A stretch of DNA of 64,000 nucleotides from Thermodesulfobium acidiphilum (GCF_003057965.1 NZ_CP020921.1:670916-734915), one strand, 5' to 3'. Positions 31,256 to 41,625 are shown, counted from the first letter of the stretch. Translations and numbers: made by a program. Notes: generated by a model from the letters alone, not told the origin.

Positions 31256-32104
31256 ATGAAAGGAGAATGGATTTTGGATGACTTGCTATTAAGAGAACGT
31301 GCAGTAAATATAAGAGAGTCAATAATTGAAATGATTACTGCTGCAAAATCAGGACATCCAGGTGGTTCGCTTTCTAGTGTAGAAATAATGGTTTCGTTAT
31401 TTTTTGGTGGGGTTATGAGTTATGATCCTAAAAATCCCCAATTAGAATCGAGAGATAGATTTTTCCTTTCTAAAGGTCATGCTGCTCCAGTTTTGTATTC
31501 TACTCTTGCAGAAGCTGGTTATTTTGATAAATCTGGATTAAACACTTTAAGACAACTAAATAGTCCGTTTCAGGGGCATCCAGATATGAGAAAATTGCCA
31601 GGAATAGAGGCATCAACAGGTTCTTTAGGGCAGGGTTTATCTATTTCTGTGGGTTGTGCTTTGGGATTAAGGTTAAAGGGTTTAAATTCTCATGTCTTTA
31701 CTCTGTTAGGAGACGGAGAGTTAGAAGAAGGTCAAATTTGGGAAGCTGCAATGGCAGCAAGCCATTTTAAGTTAGATAATCTGACTGCAATTGTTGATAG
31801 AAATAGACTTCAAATAGATGGTTTTACAGAAGAGATAATGTCTTTGGAGCCGTTGACTGATAAATGGCGTGCCTTTGGTTGGAATGTCTTAGAATTAAAC
31901 GGACACAGCTTTGACGAACTAATACCTGCTCTTAAAAAAGCAAAAAAGAGAGGTGATAAAAAACCTCAAGTAATTATTGCTCATACCATAAAGGGCAAGG
32001 GGGTTTCCTTTATGGAAAATGTATGCGATTTTCATGGGAAAGCTCCAAGTGAAGAACAGGCAAAGATAGCATATTCTGAAATAAAAGAGTGTGATGTACA
32101 ATGA
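31256..32104 (+). CDS. Transketolase, N-terminal subunit
   Basis: SGHPGGSLS, SKGHAAP, STGSLGQG, GDGELEEG. Confidence 0.93.
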   Translation: MKGEWILDDLLLRERAVNIRESIIEMITAAKSGHPGGSLSSVEIMVSLFFGGVMSYDPKNPQLESRDRFFLSKGHAAPVLYSTLAEAGYFDKSGLNTLRQLNSPFQGHPDMRKLPGIEASTGSLGQGLSISVGCALGLRLKGLNSHVFTLLGDGELEEGQIWEAAMAASHFKLDNLTAIVDRNRLQIDGFTEEIMSLEPLTDKWRAFGWNVLELNGHSFDELIPALKKAKKRGDKKPQVIIAHTIKGKGVSFMENVCDFHGKAPSEEQAKIAYSEIKECDVQ

Positions 32105-33024
32105 AGGCGACCAGAGAAGCTTATGGAGAAGCGTTATTGGAGTTAGGCAGGTCAAATGATAAGGTAGTAGCTTTAGATGCCGACCTTTCTAAATCTACTA
32201 AAACTTCGCTTTTTGCAAAGGAATTTCCTGAGAGATTTTTTAATGTTGGAATAGCTGAGCAAAATTTAATAGGCGTAGCTGCAGGATTATCCCTTGCAGG
32301 ATTTGTTCCATATGCAAGCACCTTTGCAATATTTGCTACAGGTAGAGCGTGGGAGCAAATTAGAAACACTGTTGCCTATCCATCTTTAAACGTTAAAATA
32401 TGTGCATCTCATGCAGGAATTACTGTAGGAGAGGATGGGGCATCACACCAATCTATAGAAGACATAGCTTTGATGTCAGTGATTCCTAATATGACAGTAT
32501 TAGTTCCTGCTGATTCTATAGAAACAAAATCAATGGTTAATTGGGCATATCAGTATAATGGCCCTGTATATATAAGATTGGGGAGAATGGGAGTTCCAGA
32601 TATTTTGTCTGAGAATTATAATTTCGATACAAAACCGTTTGTTCTAAAAAAGGGGAAAAGAATAGTGATATTTGCTACAGGAATAATGTTGTGGAAGTGT
32701 CTTGAAGCAATTGAGCTATTGAAGCCTTATAATGTAGAGCCAACTTTGGTAAATGTTTCTTGTATAAAGCCATTTCCTGAAGAATCTATAATAGAAATAG
32801 CAAAAGAGCACGAAATAGTATTTACTGCTGAAGAACACAATGTTATAAACGGACTCGGATCTATGATATCATCAACTCTTTCAAGGAACTATCCAATGAA
32901 AGTATACTTTATTGGCATTGATGATAGATTTGGCACATCAGGAAAGCCAAACGATTTATTAAGTTATTATGGTTTGGATGCAAACAGTATAAAAGAGAAA
33001 TTGTTATTATTAGGATTAAAATGA
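32101..33024 (+). CDS. Transketolase, C-terminal subunit
   Basis: DADL..ST, GIAEQN, GEDGASHQ, EEHN. Confidence 0.93.
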   Translation: MKATREAYGEALLELGRSNDKVVALDADLSKSTKTSLFAKEFPERFFNVGIAEQNLIGVAAGLSLAGFVPYASTFAIFATGRAWEQIRNTVAYPSLNVKICASHAGITVGEDGASHQSIEDIALMSVIPNMTVLVPADSIETKSMVNWAYQYNGPVYIRLGRMGVPDILSENYNFDTKPFVLKKGKRIVIFATGIMLWKCLEAIELLKPYNVEPTLVNVSCIKPFPEESIIEIAKEHEIVFTAEEHNVINGLGSMISSTLSRNYPMKVYFIGIDDRFGTSGKPNDLLSYYGLDANSIKEKLLLLGLK

Positions 33025-33716
33025 ATCCAGCTATAGTTTTTAAAAACGTTTCAAAGATTTATCACGGTCAAATATATGGTCTGAAAGACATAAATCTTGA
33101 AGTAGAAAAGGGGGACTTTGTTTTTGTCACCGGTCATAGTGGGGCCGGAAAATCAACTTTGTTAAAGCTGTTATATAGAGCATTGCTTCCTTCTACTGGT
33201 GAGGTTTATGTCAATAACATGAATTTATTAAAATTAAAGCAAAAGGATATTCCGCTGTTTAGGAGAACGCTGGGAGTTGTTTTTCAGGATGTAAAGCTAT
33301 TGCCAAGGAAAACAGCAATTGAAAACATATCTTTGTGTCTTGAAATGTTAGGCTTATCTGATAGAGAGGTTAAAAAGAGGGCATATAAATCTTTAGAACT
33401 TGTTAAATTGAGCTCAAAGTCTAGAGCTTTTCCAAACGAACTTTCAGGAGGGGAGCAACAAAGGCTTGCAATTGCAAGAGCTATATCGTATTATCCAACA
33501 CTTCTAATTGCAGATGAGCCAACGGGGAATATAGATCTTAAGACTTCATGGGAGATAATGTCTATTTTTGAAAACTTGAATAGAATGGGTATGACGATTT
33601 TGATAACAACTCACAATCCAATTATTGTTAGTAAGATGAACAAAAGGGTAGTTCAATTGAAAAATGGTCAGATTGAATCTGATAGTCTCTGGGATAAACC
33701 CTTAATTTATGAGTAA
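33021..33716 (+). CDS. ftsE: Cell division ATP-binding protein FtsE
   Basis: GHSGAGKST, GVVFQD, LSGGEQQR, ADEPTGN; precedes ftsX. Confidence 0.9.
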   Translation: MNPAIVFKNVSKIYHGQIYGLKDINLEVEKGDFVFVTGHSGAGKSTLLKLLYRALLPSTGEVYVNNMNLLKLKQKDIPLFRRTLGVVFQDVKLLPRKTAIENISLCLEMLGLSDREVKKRAYKSLELVKLSSKSRAFPNELSGGEQQRLAIARAISYYPTLLIADEPTGNIDLKTSWEIMSIFENLNRMGMTILITTHNPIIVSKMNKRVVQLKNGQIESDSLWDKPLIYE

Positions 33717-34605
33717 ATTCAGAATATATTTAAGAGAAGCAATTATTTCTTTGAGTAGGGGTGGGGGGATGGCTATAGCTTCTATTATTTCTATCTCTTT
33801 TACAATGATAATATTTGGATTGATTTTAATGCTTTTTTTGTCTTTATTCCAGGCCTCAACCAAGATAGGAGATCAGTTAGAACTACTTGTATTCTTGAAA
33901 GATAACGTATCAAGTCAGGATATAAATAGTCTGATTGGAACAATTTCAAATATGGAAGGTGTCTCTTCTGTTGAGTTCGTTTCAAAACACGATGCGTGGG
34001 AAAAATTCAAGAAGTATTTTCAAAACAAAATTAATGTTTCTGACATAAAAAACCCTTTACCGGATACTATAAAAGTGAGAGTAAAAAGTCCGGATTACAT
34101 TGCAGGACTTGCAAAAGTTATATCACAGTTTCCGCAGGTAGATGAGACAAGGTATCCACAACAACTTTTGAATGCTCTGAATGCTCTGGTTCAAAAAATT
34201 ACTCTTATAGGTTTACTTTTGCTCATTGGTTTTGCTCTTGCATCTCTTGTAGTTATTTCAAGCACTATAAAGGTATCTGTTCTTGCAAGAAGGGAAGAAC
34301 TTGAAATACTGGAGCTGGTAGGCGCTGAACCGAATTTTATTAGAATGCCGTATATCCTTGAAGGCAGCTTTATAGGCCTTCTTTCTTCGCTTTTAGCAAT
34401 TTTTTTCTTTATTATTTTATCGATCTTTTTAAGTTTTGCTATAGTAAATACTGCTCCTCCCTGGTCATTTTTCTGGCCATTAGATACGTCTTTGTGGATT
34501 CTAATGTGTATGGTTGTTGTAATTGTAGGAACGTTTATAGGTTTTTTGGGAAGCTTAATTTCACTTAAAGACGTTGGAAAATTTTCTGTTACTAAAGACT
34601 TTTAA
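33709..34605 (+). CDS. ftsX: Cell division permease FtsX
   Basis: TM1, extracytoplasmic NPLPDT, ARREELEI..LVGA...FIR.P..LEG. Confidence 0.9.
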   Translation: MSKFRIYLREAIISLSRGGGMAIASIISISFTMIIFGLILMLFLSLFQASTKIGDQLELLVFLKDNVSSQDINSLIGTISNMEGVSSVEFVSKHDAWEKFKKYFQNKINVSDIKNPLPDTIKVRVKSPDYIAGLAKVISQFPQVDETRYPQQLLNALNALVQKITLIGLLLLIGFALASLVVISSTIKVSVLARREELEILELVGAEPNFIRMPYILEGSFIGLLSSLLAIFFFIILSIFLSFAIVNTAPPWSFFWPLDTSLWILMCMVVVIVGTFIGFLGSLISLKDVGKFSVTKDF

Positions 34606-35240
34606 CTTTTATTTTCTTCTATAAAATGTTTTACCTTCTGGATATCTTTCCATGTTAGCCATCGTGGAGACCCAACGCTTCTACTGGCATTCCTGAGCAA
34701 ATAAGAGGGGTGAAACATTGGTATGTAATATCTATTGTCCTGTAATATTATTTCGCCTCTAATTTTTGTAATGGAAGAAAAATTTTTTAAAATTGTTTTA
34801 CATGCAACTGCACCCAATAAAATTATTATTTTTGGATCTAAGATTTTTATTTGAGCATCTAAGAAAGGTCGGCACTGTTCAATTTCTTCTGGGAATGGAT
34901 TCCTATTGCCTGGAGGTCTACATTTCACAACATTTGTAATATATATTTCGTCTCTGTTTAGGCCCACAGATTCAAAAATTTTAGTTAATAGTTGACCTGC
35001 TTTTCCTACGAAGGGCCGTCCTTGTATGTCTTCTGTTTCTCCCGGTCCCTCACCAATAACCATAATTTCAGGATTCATAGGCCCCTCTCCAAAGACAACA
35101 TTTTTGCGAGTTTCACTTAATTTACATCTCTTGCACGTTTTTGTTTCAATTAATATATCACTAAGTTCTAGTTTGCTTAAGTTTTCTTTTTGGTTATTTT
35201 CTTGCTCTTCAAGATTATCAAACAAACTGGGTATATACAA
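34602..35240 (-). CDS. Uracil-DNA glycosylase, family 4
   Basis: C..C.L, GEGPG, GRPFVG.AG, NVVKCRPP.NR.P, HPS. Confidence 0.92.
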   Translation of the reverse strand: MYIPSLFDNLEEQENNQKENLSKLELSDILIETKTCKRCKLSETRKNVVFGEGPMNPEIMVIGEGPGETEDIQGRPFVGKAGQLLTKIFESVGLNRDEIYITNVVKCRPPGNRNPFPEEIEQCRPFLDAQIKILDPKIIILLGAVACKTILKNFSSITKIRGEIILQDNRYYIPMFHPSYLLRNASRSVGSPRWLTWKDIQKVKHFIEENKS

Positions 35241-35367
35241 GATATTTCCTCCAGATTTAAAATTTTAAGTCAAACTATATAAATTATATGTTAAAATAAC
35301 AAACCATGAAACAAAGAAAGGATTGATTTAGATTATAAAATTTCTTGTTAAAAAAAGAACAAAACTT

Positions 35368-35862
35368 TTGTATTTGCTTTTTGTTTTAATAATTTTTTTG
35401 TCACGTCCAACAATGGTATCTTTGATCGCAGGAGCTATTTTTTCAATTTTAGGTTTGTTACTAAGAGCATGGGCTGCTGCAACTATAAATAAAGTAAAAG
35501 TTCTTTCTACTGATGGTCCATATTCTTTAGTAAGAAATCCACTTTATCTGGGGAGTTTTCTGGCTGGTTCTGGGGTAATGATATCAAGTGGAAGTTTTTT
35601 CTTGCTTGTTATATTTGTTATTGGTTTTTTGTTTATACATTTTCACAAAATGAAAGAAGAGGAAGAAGAACTTTATAGAGAACATAAAGAAAAATTTCTT
35701 GAATATAAAGAAAGAGTTCCTGCTTTTTTACCAAACTTTTTAAATTTTAAAATGGCTCCTATTTCTTTCAAAAGATATATGGCAAATAACGAATACAGAG
35801 CACCTTTAACAGTGATAGCTATATATATATTTTTAATTTTGAAATATATATTTTTTAATTAG
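35368..35862 (+). CDS. Isoprenylcysteine carboxyl methyltransferase-family membrane protein
   Basis: GPY..VRNPLYLG, EEEEL, Y...VP.F.P; true start probably slightly upstream. Confidence 0.8.
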   Translation: MYLLFVLIIFLSRPTMVSLIAGAIFSILGLLLRAWAAATINKVKVLSTDGPYSLVRNPLYLGSFLAGSGVMISSGSFFLLVIFVIGFLFIHFHKMKEEEEELYREHKEKFLEYKERVPAFLPNFLNFKMAPISFKRYMANNEYRAPLTVIAIYIFLILKYIFFN

Positions 35863-35874
35863 GGAGAGAGATAA

Positions 35875-36870
35875 ATGAATATATTAATTACTGGTGGTGC
35901 AGGCTTTATAGGCAGCGAGTTTGTGAGACAATCAGTTGAAAGGGGTTATAAAGTTAGCGTAATCGATAAGCTAACTTATGCAGGTTCTATGGACCGAATT
36001 AACTCAGTTGTTAAAGAAATTAGATTTTATAAAGATGATATTAAGAACGAAGATTCTATAAAGAAAATTATAAAAACAGATAAGATCGAAGCTATTATAA
36101 ACTTTGCAGCTGAGACTCACGTGGATAGATCTATTCTTAAACCAGATGAATTTATTAGCACAAATATCTGTGGCACTACCAGCATATTAAATTCTCTGGC
36201 AAATTCTGATGTTTTGTTGTTACACGTGTCTACTGATGAAGTTTATGGTGAGCTTGGAAAGGAAGGAAAATTTTCTGAAGATTCACCACTTAGACCGAAC
36301 TCTCCCTATTCCGCCAGTAAGGCAAGTGCAGATTTACTGATAAAAGCTTATGCAAGGACCTTTTCCCTTAGAACTCGAATAGTTAGACCTTCAAACAACT
36401 ACGGAATGTGGCAGTTTCCTGAAAAATTAATTCCGGTAGTAATATATAAAGCTTTAAACAATCAAAAAGTTCCTATATATGCTGATGGAAGCAATATTAG
36501 AGAATGGACATACGTAAAAGATTGCTGCAGCGCAATTTTTAAAGTCTTAAATGATGGTAAAGATTCTAATATTTATAACATTGGCAGTGGAGAAGAGATG
36601 ACCAATCTTAATCTTGTTAAAAAAATATTAAGTATTTTAGGCAAGTCAGATGAGCTTATTGAGTTTGTAAAGGATAGACCAGGACATGATTTTCGATATT
36701 CGCTGAATACTGAAAAAATTTCAAAAGAATTGGGATGGAAACCGTCTTTTTCAGTAGATGATGGCTTAAAGGAAACCGTCCAATGGTATGTAGAAAATTA
36801 TGCATGGTTGGAAAAGGAAGTTTCAAATTTAAAGGAGTATTGGAATAAAGTTTACAGATCTAAATCGTAG
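35875..36870 (+). CDS. rfbB: dTDP-glucose 4,6-dehydratase
   Basis: TGGAGFIG, AAETHVDRS, STDEVYG, YSASK, DRPGHD.RY. Confidence 0.93.
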   Translation: MNILITGGAGFIGSEFVRQSVERGYKVSVIDKLTYAGSMDRINSVVKEIRFYKDDIKNEDSIKKIIKTDKIEAIINFAAETHVDRSILKPDEFISTNICGTTSILNSLANSDVLLLHVSTDEVYGELGKEGKFSEDSPLRPNSPYSASKASADLLIKAYARTFSLRTRIVRPSNNYGMWQFPEKLIPVVIYKALNNQKVPIYADGSNIREWTYVKDCCSAIFKVLNDGKDSNIYNIGSGEEMTNLNLVKKILSILGKSDELIEFVKDRPGHDFRYSLNTEKISKELGWKPSFSVDDGLKETVQWYVENYAWLEKEVSNLKEYWNKVYRSKS

Positions 36871-37811
36871 TTAATATTGCATTTTTTTATAAAATTCTGC
36901 AAATCCTCAGGTAATGGAGCCTGGAAGCTTACTACTTCTTTTGTGACCGGGTGTAAAAATTCTATTTTTAGTGCGTGTAGAGCAATTTCAGGGCAATTTT
37001 TAAAGCTTTTTGTTGAATACTTTTTATCACCTACTATGGGATGGCCTATATAGGACATATGAACTCTTATTTGATGTGTTCTTCCTGTATAGATATTTAC
37101 TTTCAAGAGAGAAACTGTTTGATTTTCAAAGGTTCCCTTACCAATAATAGAGTACTCAGTAAAAGCTACCTTTCCTGATAAATCTACTTCCATTTTTTGC
37201 CTATGAATTTTTGAGCGTTTAATAGGCATTGAAATAAAGCCTTCTTTATAATTTAGGTCTCCATGAACTAAAGCTAAATAAGTTTTTTTTACCTGACGGT
37301 TTTTAAATTGTTCTGAAAGTTGTCTCATTATTTTTTCTGATTTTGCTATTATCAGTACGCCAGTAGTTTCTTTGTCGAGTCTATGAACAATTCCAGGTCT
37401 TTCTTGATCTGTAAACTCATCTTTGTGAATTGAATTAATAAGTGCATTGAGTATAGTATTTCTGAAATTCCCAGCTCCAGGATGCACCACCATGTTCCTT
37501 TCTTTGTTTATGATTATGATGTAGTAGTCTTCATATAGGATCTTTATATTTAATTTATCGTGCTCTATTGACATGGTTTTTTTAGGTTTTAGAAGGAGAG
37601 TTACTTTGTCATATGGTCTAACAGTGAAAGACGGTTTTTTGACGGACTTATTGTTTACTTTTACAAAGCCCTCTTTAATTAGTTTCGAATAATAATTTCT
37701 TGATTCTTCTTTTATGGTTTTGTAAAGAAACTGATCAAGTCTTTCTTTATCAAAAGTTGGGAGGGCAAAGAGTTCTATTTGATTAGAATTTATTTTCTTT
37801 TCATCGTACAT
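36852..37811 (-). CDS. rluD: RluA/RluD-family pseudouridine synthase with S4 domain
   Basis: RLDQFL S4 domain, GIVHRLDKETTG, TGRTHQIRVH. Confidence 0.88.
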   Translation of the reverse strand: MYDEKKINSNQIELFALPTFDKERLDQFLYKTIKEESRNYYSKLIKEGFVKVNNKSVKKPSFTVRPYDKVTLLLKPKKTMSIEHDKLNIKILYEDYYIIIINKERNMVVHPGAGNFRNTILNALINSIHKDEFTDQERPGIVHRLDKETTGVLIIAKSEKIMRQLSEQFKNRQVKKTYLALVHGDLNYKEGFISMPIKRSKIHRQKMEVDLSGKVAFTEYSIIGKGTFENQTVSLLKVNIYTGRTHQIRVHMSYIGHPIVGDKKYSTKSFKNCPEIALHALKIEFLHPVTKEVVSFQAPLPEDLQNFIKKCNINYDLDL

Positions 37812-37833
37812 AGTTTAAAATTTTATTAAAATC

Positions 37834-39372
37834 CTAAAAATTTTCTTCCTGTTCTGGTGATACAAAGATTGTCTTTTCATTTCTGTAAAATATGGTTCCG
37901 TTTTTCTTTCCCTTTGGTTTTGTAAGATATTTTACTTGCGTAAAAACTACTTCAACTTCTTTTTCTCTCTTGGCTTTTGAAAAATGAGCACATATTTGTG
38001 CAGCTTTTTTAATGTCAACTTGGCTTAATTCCTTTTTTGTAGTTTTTAAAATCACGTAACTTCCAGGATAATTTCTTGTATGAAACCACCAATCGTTTGG
38101 ATTTGAAATTTTTAAAAGATTAATGTTAGAATTAGCATTTTTTCCAACTAATGCAATAGTATAATCGTCAAAATCAATTTTTATGTAATCTTTTGGCCTA
38201 TCTTTTTCTTTATGACTTTTTTCTTTAGTACTCTTTTCTACTCTTGAATTATCAGTATTTTCAGCTTTAACTCTTTGTATTTGTGATTCTAAAGAATTTA
38301 TCATTTTTTCAATTTTTAATAGGGCGCTCTTCATCTTTTTTGATTTTTCGAATAAATCGTTTGCAAGTTTGCCTGGAGTTTTGCTTAGATTTCCAATTAT
38401 TTTGTCGTTAAAAACGTACTGGTTATTTATGATTTCGATTTTATCTAAATTATTTAAAATATTTTGAGCTTTTGAGTGTATATCTTTCCAGCGTAAATTT
38501 TTTTCATAATCTTTTCTAACGTTTTCAAGTTTTTTTTCCAGATATGCTATTTTTTTCTTTCTTTGTAATTCTAATTCTCTTTTTTTCTTCTCTTCATTTA
38601 TTTCAATAATTTTATTTATGCCAACTGAGTAGATATTTTCTAAAATAGAGCTTTTATCAAAATTTAAAGACAAAATTAGTTCGTTGTTTAATACCTTTGA
38701 ATTTAGGTTTTCAAAATCAGCATTTATCCATTGGATCACCTTTTGAGGAGTCCAATCCTTTACCTCTTCAATAACGTTTTTTGGAATGCCGAACGTCTTT
38801 TCTGATAAGGCTTTTTCAATACCCAGCTCTGATAGGATTTCGAAAGTAATTTCTTTTGGCTCAAGCTTTTTGGTGGACTTTTCAGGATATTGATACTCTA
38901 ATGCGGGAAGAATCTTTCTTTTCAATGGGTCGTCGGGAATTATTTCTTTATAAGAGGTTTTAATAATATTGTCTACCAGTGCGATTGCGTTTGATTTGTT
39001 TGTGATCAACTCAAGAACAACGTCTACTTTGGGAAGCTTCCCTACAGGAAAGTCATTTGAAAAAGATATTTTTAAAACTTTATCAAATCTGTTTATTGTA
39101 ATTTCAGATATCTCAGACCCTATTAGATGTTTGTTCAAGAAATCGTAAAAAGGATGTTTATATGGTTCTAGTTTTGTAATCTTTTCCTTTGAAATACCTA
39201 TAAAAGGAATGCTATTTACAAGAGATATAAAGAAGAAGATAGCACCTTCTTCCTTGTTCCAGAGATTTAGAACAAAACAGTCCTTGTAAAATAGCAACTT
39301 GCTAACCTGTCTTTTAACTAATCTATCTCTTGCTTCTAAAAAGCCTAAATAAAGCGCTAAGGTACTAAACAG
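37834..39372 (-). CDS. NFACT/FbpA-family protein (RqcH-like)
   Basis: C-terminal VGKN..SN, D.WFH....GS.V, AAQI.AHFSKA; frame stays open 25 codons above TTG 39297 to CTG 39372. Confidence 0.75.
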   Translation of the reverse strand: MFSTLALYLGFLEARDRLVKRQVSKLLFYKDCFVLNLWNKEEGAIFFFISLVNSIPFIGISKEKITKLEPYKHPFYDFLNKHLIGSEISEITINRFDKVLKISFSNDFPVGKLPKVDVVLELITNKSNAIALVDNIIKTSYKEIIPDDPLKRKILPALEYQYPEKSTKKLEPKEITFEILSELGIEKALSEKTFGIPKNVIEEVKDWTPQKVIQWINADFENLNSKVLNNELILSLNFDKSSILENIYSVGINKIIEINEEKKKRELELQRKKKIAYLEKKLENVRKDYEKNLRWKDIHSKAQNILNNLDKIEIINNQYVFNDKIIGNLSKTPGKLANDLFEKSKKMKSALLKIEKMINSLESQIQRVKAENTDNSRVEKSTKEKSHKEKDRPKDYIKIDFDDYTIALVGKNANSNINLLKISNPNDWWFHTRNYPGSYVILKTTKKELSQVDIKKAAQICAHFSKAKREKEVEVVFTQVKYLTKPKGKKNGTIFYRNEKTIFVSPEQEENF

Positions 39373-40144
39373 TTTTTATGTACTCCATTATTAGTTTGGC
39401 AGCTTTCAACCCAGATTTTATCATTCCGCCAAATATTGGCCCCATTCTACTTCCGCCGTCCACGTTGTTGGCTGCCATCCCAGAGACAAATAGACCGTTT
39501 GCTAACATTTTTGTATTGTTTACCGTATCTTCTTCTCCTTGAACTGCGTTCATAAAGTGCTCTTTCCTAAGAGGTAACTGAACTCTTTTTGAATAGATGT
39601 TTGCAGCTATGGCATCGTGGCCTGTGGCGTCAAGAACTGCTTTTGTTTGAAAAACCATCGGATCCACATGAAGACCTGCTATTTCTATACCTGTATTATT
39701 CACAACTACGCCTGTGATTGCATTATTTGTATACTCTAAATCTACAACGGTCATCAGATTGAAAAGCTTAACGTTCTGAGTTTTGAGCGCTTTAGCGATT
39801 AGTTGACTTGCAAAAAGACAGGAGTCTACCACAAGCGCATCTAGGTCTTCTACAAAAGGAATTTCTAGTTCATTTAGATAGTCTTTTAGATCTTTTTGTA
39901 TAACGACTTTGTTAAAGGACATAGAGCCACCCCACGTACCCCCGCCAGGTGATAGCTTTCTTTCCATAATTACTACTTTATATCCTGAATTTCCCAGCTC
40001 TCTTGCAGCGGTTAGGCCAGATGGTCCTCCTCCTACGATTATAACGTCAGAGGTAAGCGCGTCAGTAATGCTTTCGAAATAATGTTTTAAAATTAATTTG
40101 CTGACATTTACGTCTGTAACAGGATTAAGAAAGTGTTTTGTCAT
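39365..40144 (-). CDS. thi4: Thi4-type thiazole synthase (non-Cys, sulfide-dependent)
   Basis: VGGGPSGL, GGG.WGG, GLHVDP, DATGHD, RMGPIFGGM. Confidence 0.9.
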   Translation of the reverse strand: MTKHFLNPVTDVNVSKLILKHYFESITDALTSDVIIVGGGPSGLTAARELGNSGYKVVIMERKLSPGGGTWGGSMSFNKVVIQKDLKDYLNELEIPFVEDLDALVVDSCLFASQLIAKALKTQNVKLFNLMTVVDLEYTNNAITGVVVNNTGIEIAGLHVDPMVFQTKAVLDATGHDAIAANIYSKRVQLPLRKEHFMNAVQGEEDTVNNTKMLANGLFVSGMAANNVDGGSRMGPIFGGMIKSGLKAAKLIMEYIKTV

Positions 40145-40494
40145 TATTTCCTCCTCAAAAAATTTTGTACTAAATTATAAATGATACAATATATTTGGGA
40201 TTTTTTCATGCTGATGTCATAGAGATTAAGTGATAAATTATGCTGCCTATATATCTATGCTAACAAAGAACTGAGGAAAAACTCTTAATATTAATATATT
40301 AGAGATATTATATGTCATAAAAGATATATAGATTTAGAAGAGCTTTTGATATACTTTACGCTATAAATGTAAATCATTTGGAGAATGGAAAATAAAAACT
40401 ATATTAATTCAAGTGTAAAAAATTCTATAAAAAGATACTTGAGTAGTAAGCATAAAATAAAGATTTCTTAAAAATTTAGAAAGGAGAGGTCAGT

Positions 40495-41328
40495 ATGGAT
40501 TTAAGAATTACTATTTTAGCTGAAAATAGTGTAGCGCTTCCATTTGGTGTTATTGGTGAACACGGTTTTAGCGCTTTAGTAGAAACCCCTAACTTTAACT
40601 TTTTATTTGATACTGGTCAAGGTAAGGCTTTGTTAAATAATTCAATTGCTTTAAAAAAAGATTTAGCCAGTATAAAGTTTTTGTATATATCCCATGGGCA
40701 TTATGATCATGTAGGCGGTATTGCTGATCTTTTAAAAATTAAGTCTCCACTTGAAACATATGCGCATCCAGATATATTTTCTAATAGGTATTGGTCAATT
40801 GGCAATACAAGAAGATATATAGGGATACCATTTAGCCGATTTTATCTTGAAAGTCTTGGCGTTAAATTTAATTTTCATAGAGAATTTACAGAGATAGAGA
40901 AGGGTATTTTTTCGTCTGGAGAAGTTGAACGTAAAACAAAATTTGAGAAGATTGATAAAGAAATGAAAGTTGTAAACGCCAATGGTGAACTGGTTCAAGA
41001 TGAGATTTGGGATGATTTTTCTTTAGCTATAGAAACGCCAAAAGGTCTTGTGGTTCTATTAGGTTGTGCTCACGCTGGCATAATAAACATTTTAAATCAC
41101 TTTATAAATAAAACAGGTAAAAAAGAAATATATGCTGTAATAGGGGGAACCCACTTAGGCTTTGCTTCGCAAGAGCAGATTAACAGTGTCCTCGAGGTGA
41201 TTGAAAAATACAATATACAGAAATTGGGTGCCTCTCATTGCACGGGCATGGAAGTTGGAGCAAAATTGTATAACAAGCTCAAGGATAGATTTTTCTTTGC
41301 AAGTGCTGGTAGCGTATTTGAACTATAA
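40495..41328 (+). CDS. Metallo-beta-lactamase-fold hydrolase
   Basis: EHGFS, FDTG, SHGHYDH, GCAHAG, GGTHL, HCTG. Confidence 0.88.
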   Translation: MDLRITILAENSVALPFGVIGEHGFSALVETPNFNFLFDTGQGKALLNNSIALKKDLASIKFLYISHGHYDHVGGIADLLKIKSPLETYAHPDIFSNRYWSIGNTRRYIGIPFSRFYLESLGVKFNFHREFTEIEKGIFSSGEVERKTKFEKIDKEMKVVNANGELVQDEIWDDFSLAIETPKGLVVLLGCAHAGIINILNHFINKTGKKEIYAVIGGTHLGFASQEQINSVLEVIEKYNIQKLGASHCTGMEVGAKLYNKLKDRFFFASAGSVFEL

Positions 41329-41496
41329 AAACTTTTGAAAAAATTTGGTAAAAATGAGACTGTTTGTATATTTTTGTCTAGCTTAGAGTTATAACGTTAA
41401 ATTTTTAAGTTTTTTATGCTCTCAATCTTAAAGATAGCTTTTGTTATATTTTTTTTGATCAATTTCTATCTGTAATACCTTAATCCACCTTTAAAG

Positions 41497-41525
41497 TTGC
41501 AAAAAAATTCTAAGTCCTTTATAAT
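41497..41525 (+). promoter_or_regulatory. Sigma70 promoter of tRNA-Ala-cfa
   Basis: TTGCAA-17 bp-TATAAT. Confidence 0.7.
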
Positions 41526-41534
41526 AATTGCAGT

Positions 41535-41610
41535 GGGCCTGTGGCGCAGTTGGGAGCGTGCCTCAATGGCATTGAGGAGGTCAGGGGTTCGAATCCCCTC
41601 AGGTCCACCA
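41535..41610 (+). tRNA. tRNA-Ala(GGC)
   Basis: GGGCCTG/CAGGTCC stem with G3:U70, CCTCA-ATGGCAT-TGAGG anticodon arm, GTTCGAATC, encoded CCA. Confidence 0.96.
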
Positions 41611-41625
41611 AGTGGAGACTATATT

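Noticed and set aside
40145..40494. TPP riboswitch upstream of thi4
   Set aside because: AT-rich, with no CTGAGA core or paired GC stems visible on the minus strand.
41497..41625. N-terminal 43 aa of the 441 aa ORF
   Set aside because: It is the promoter and tRNA-Ala read in frame; cfa starts at ATG 41626.
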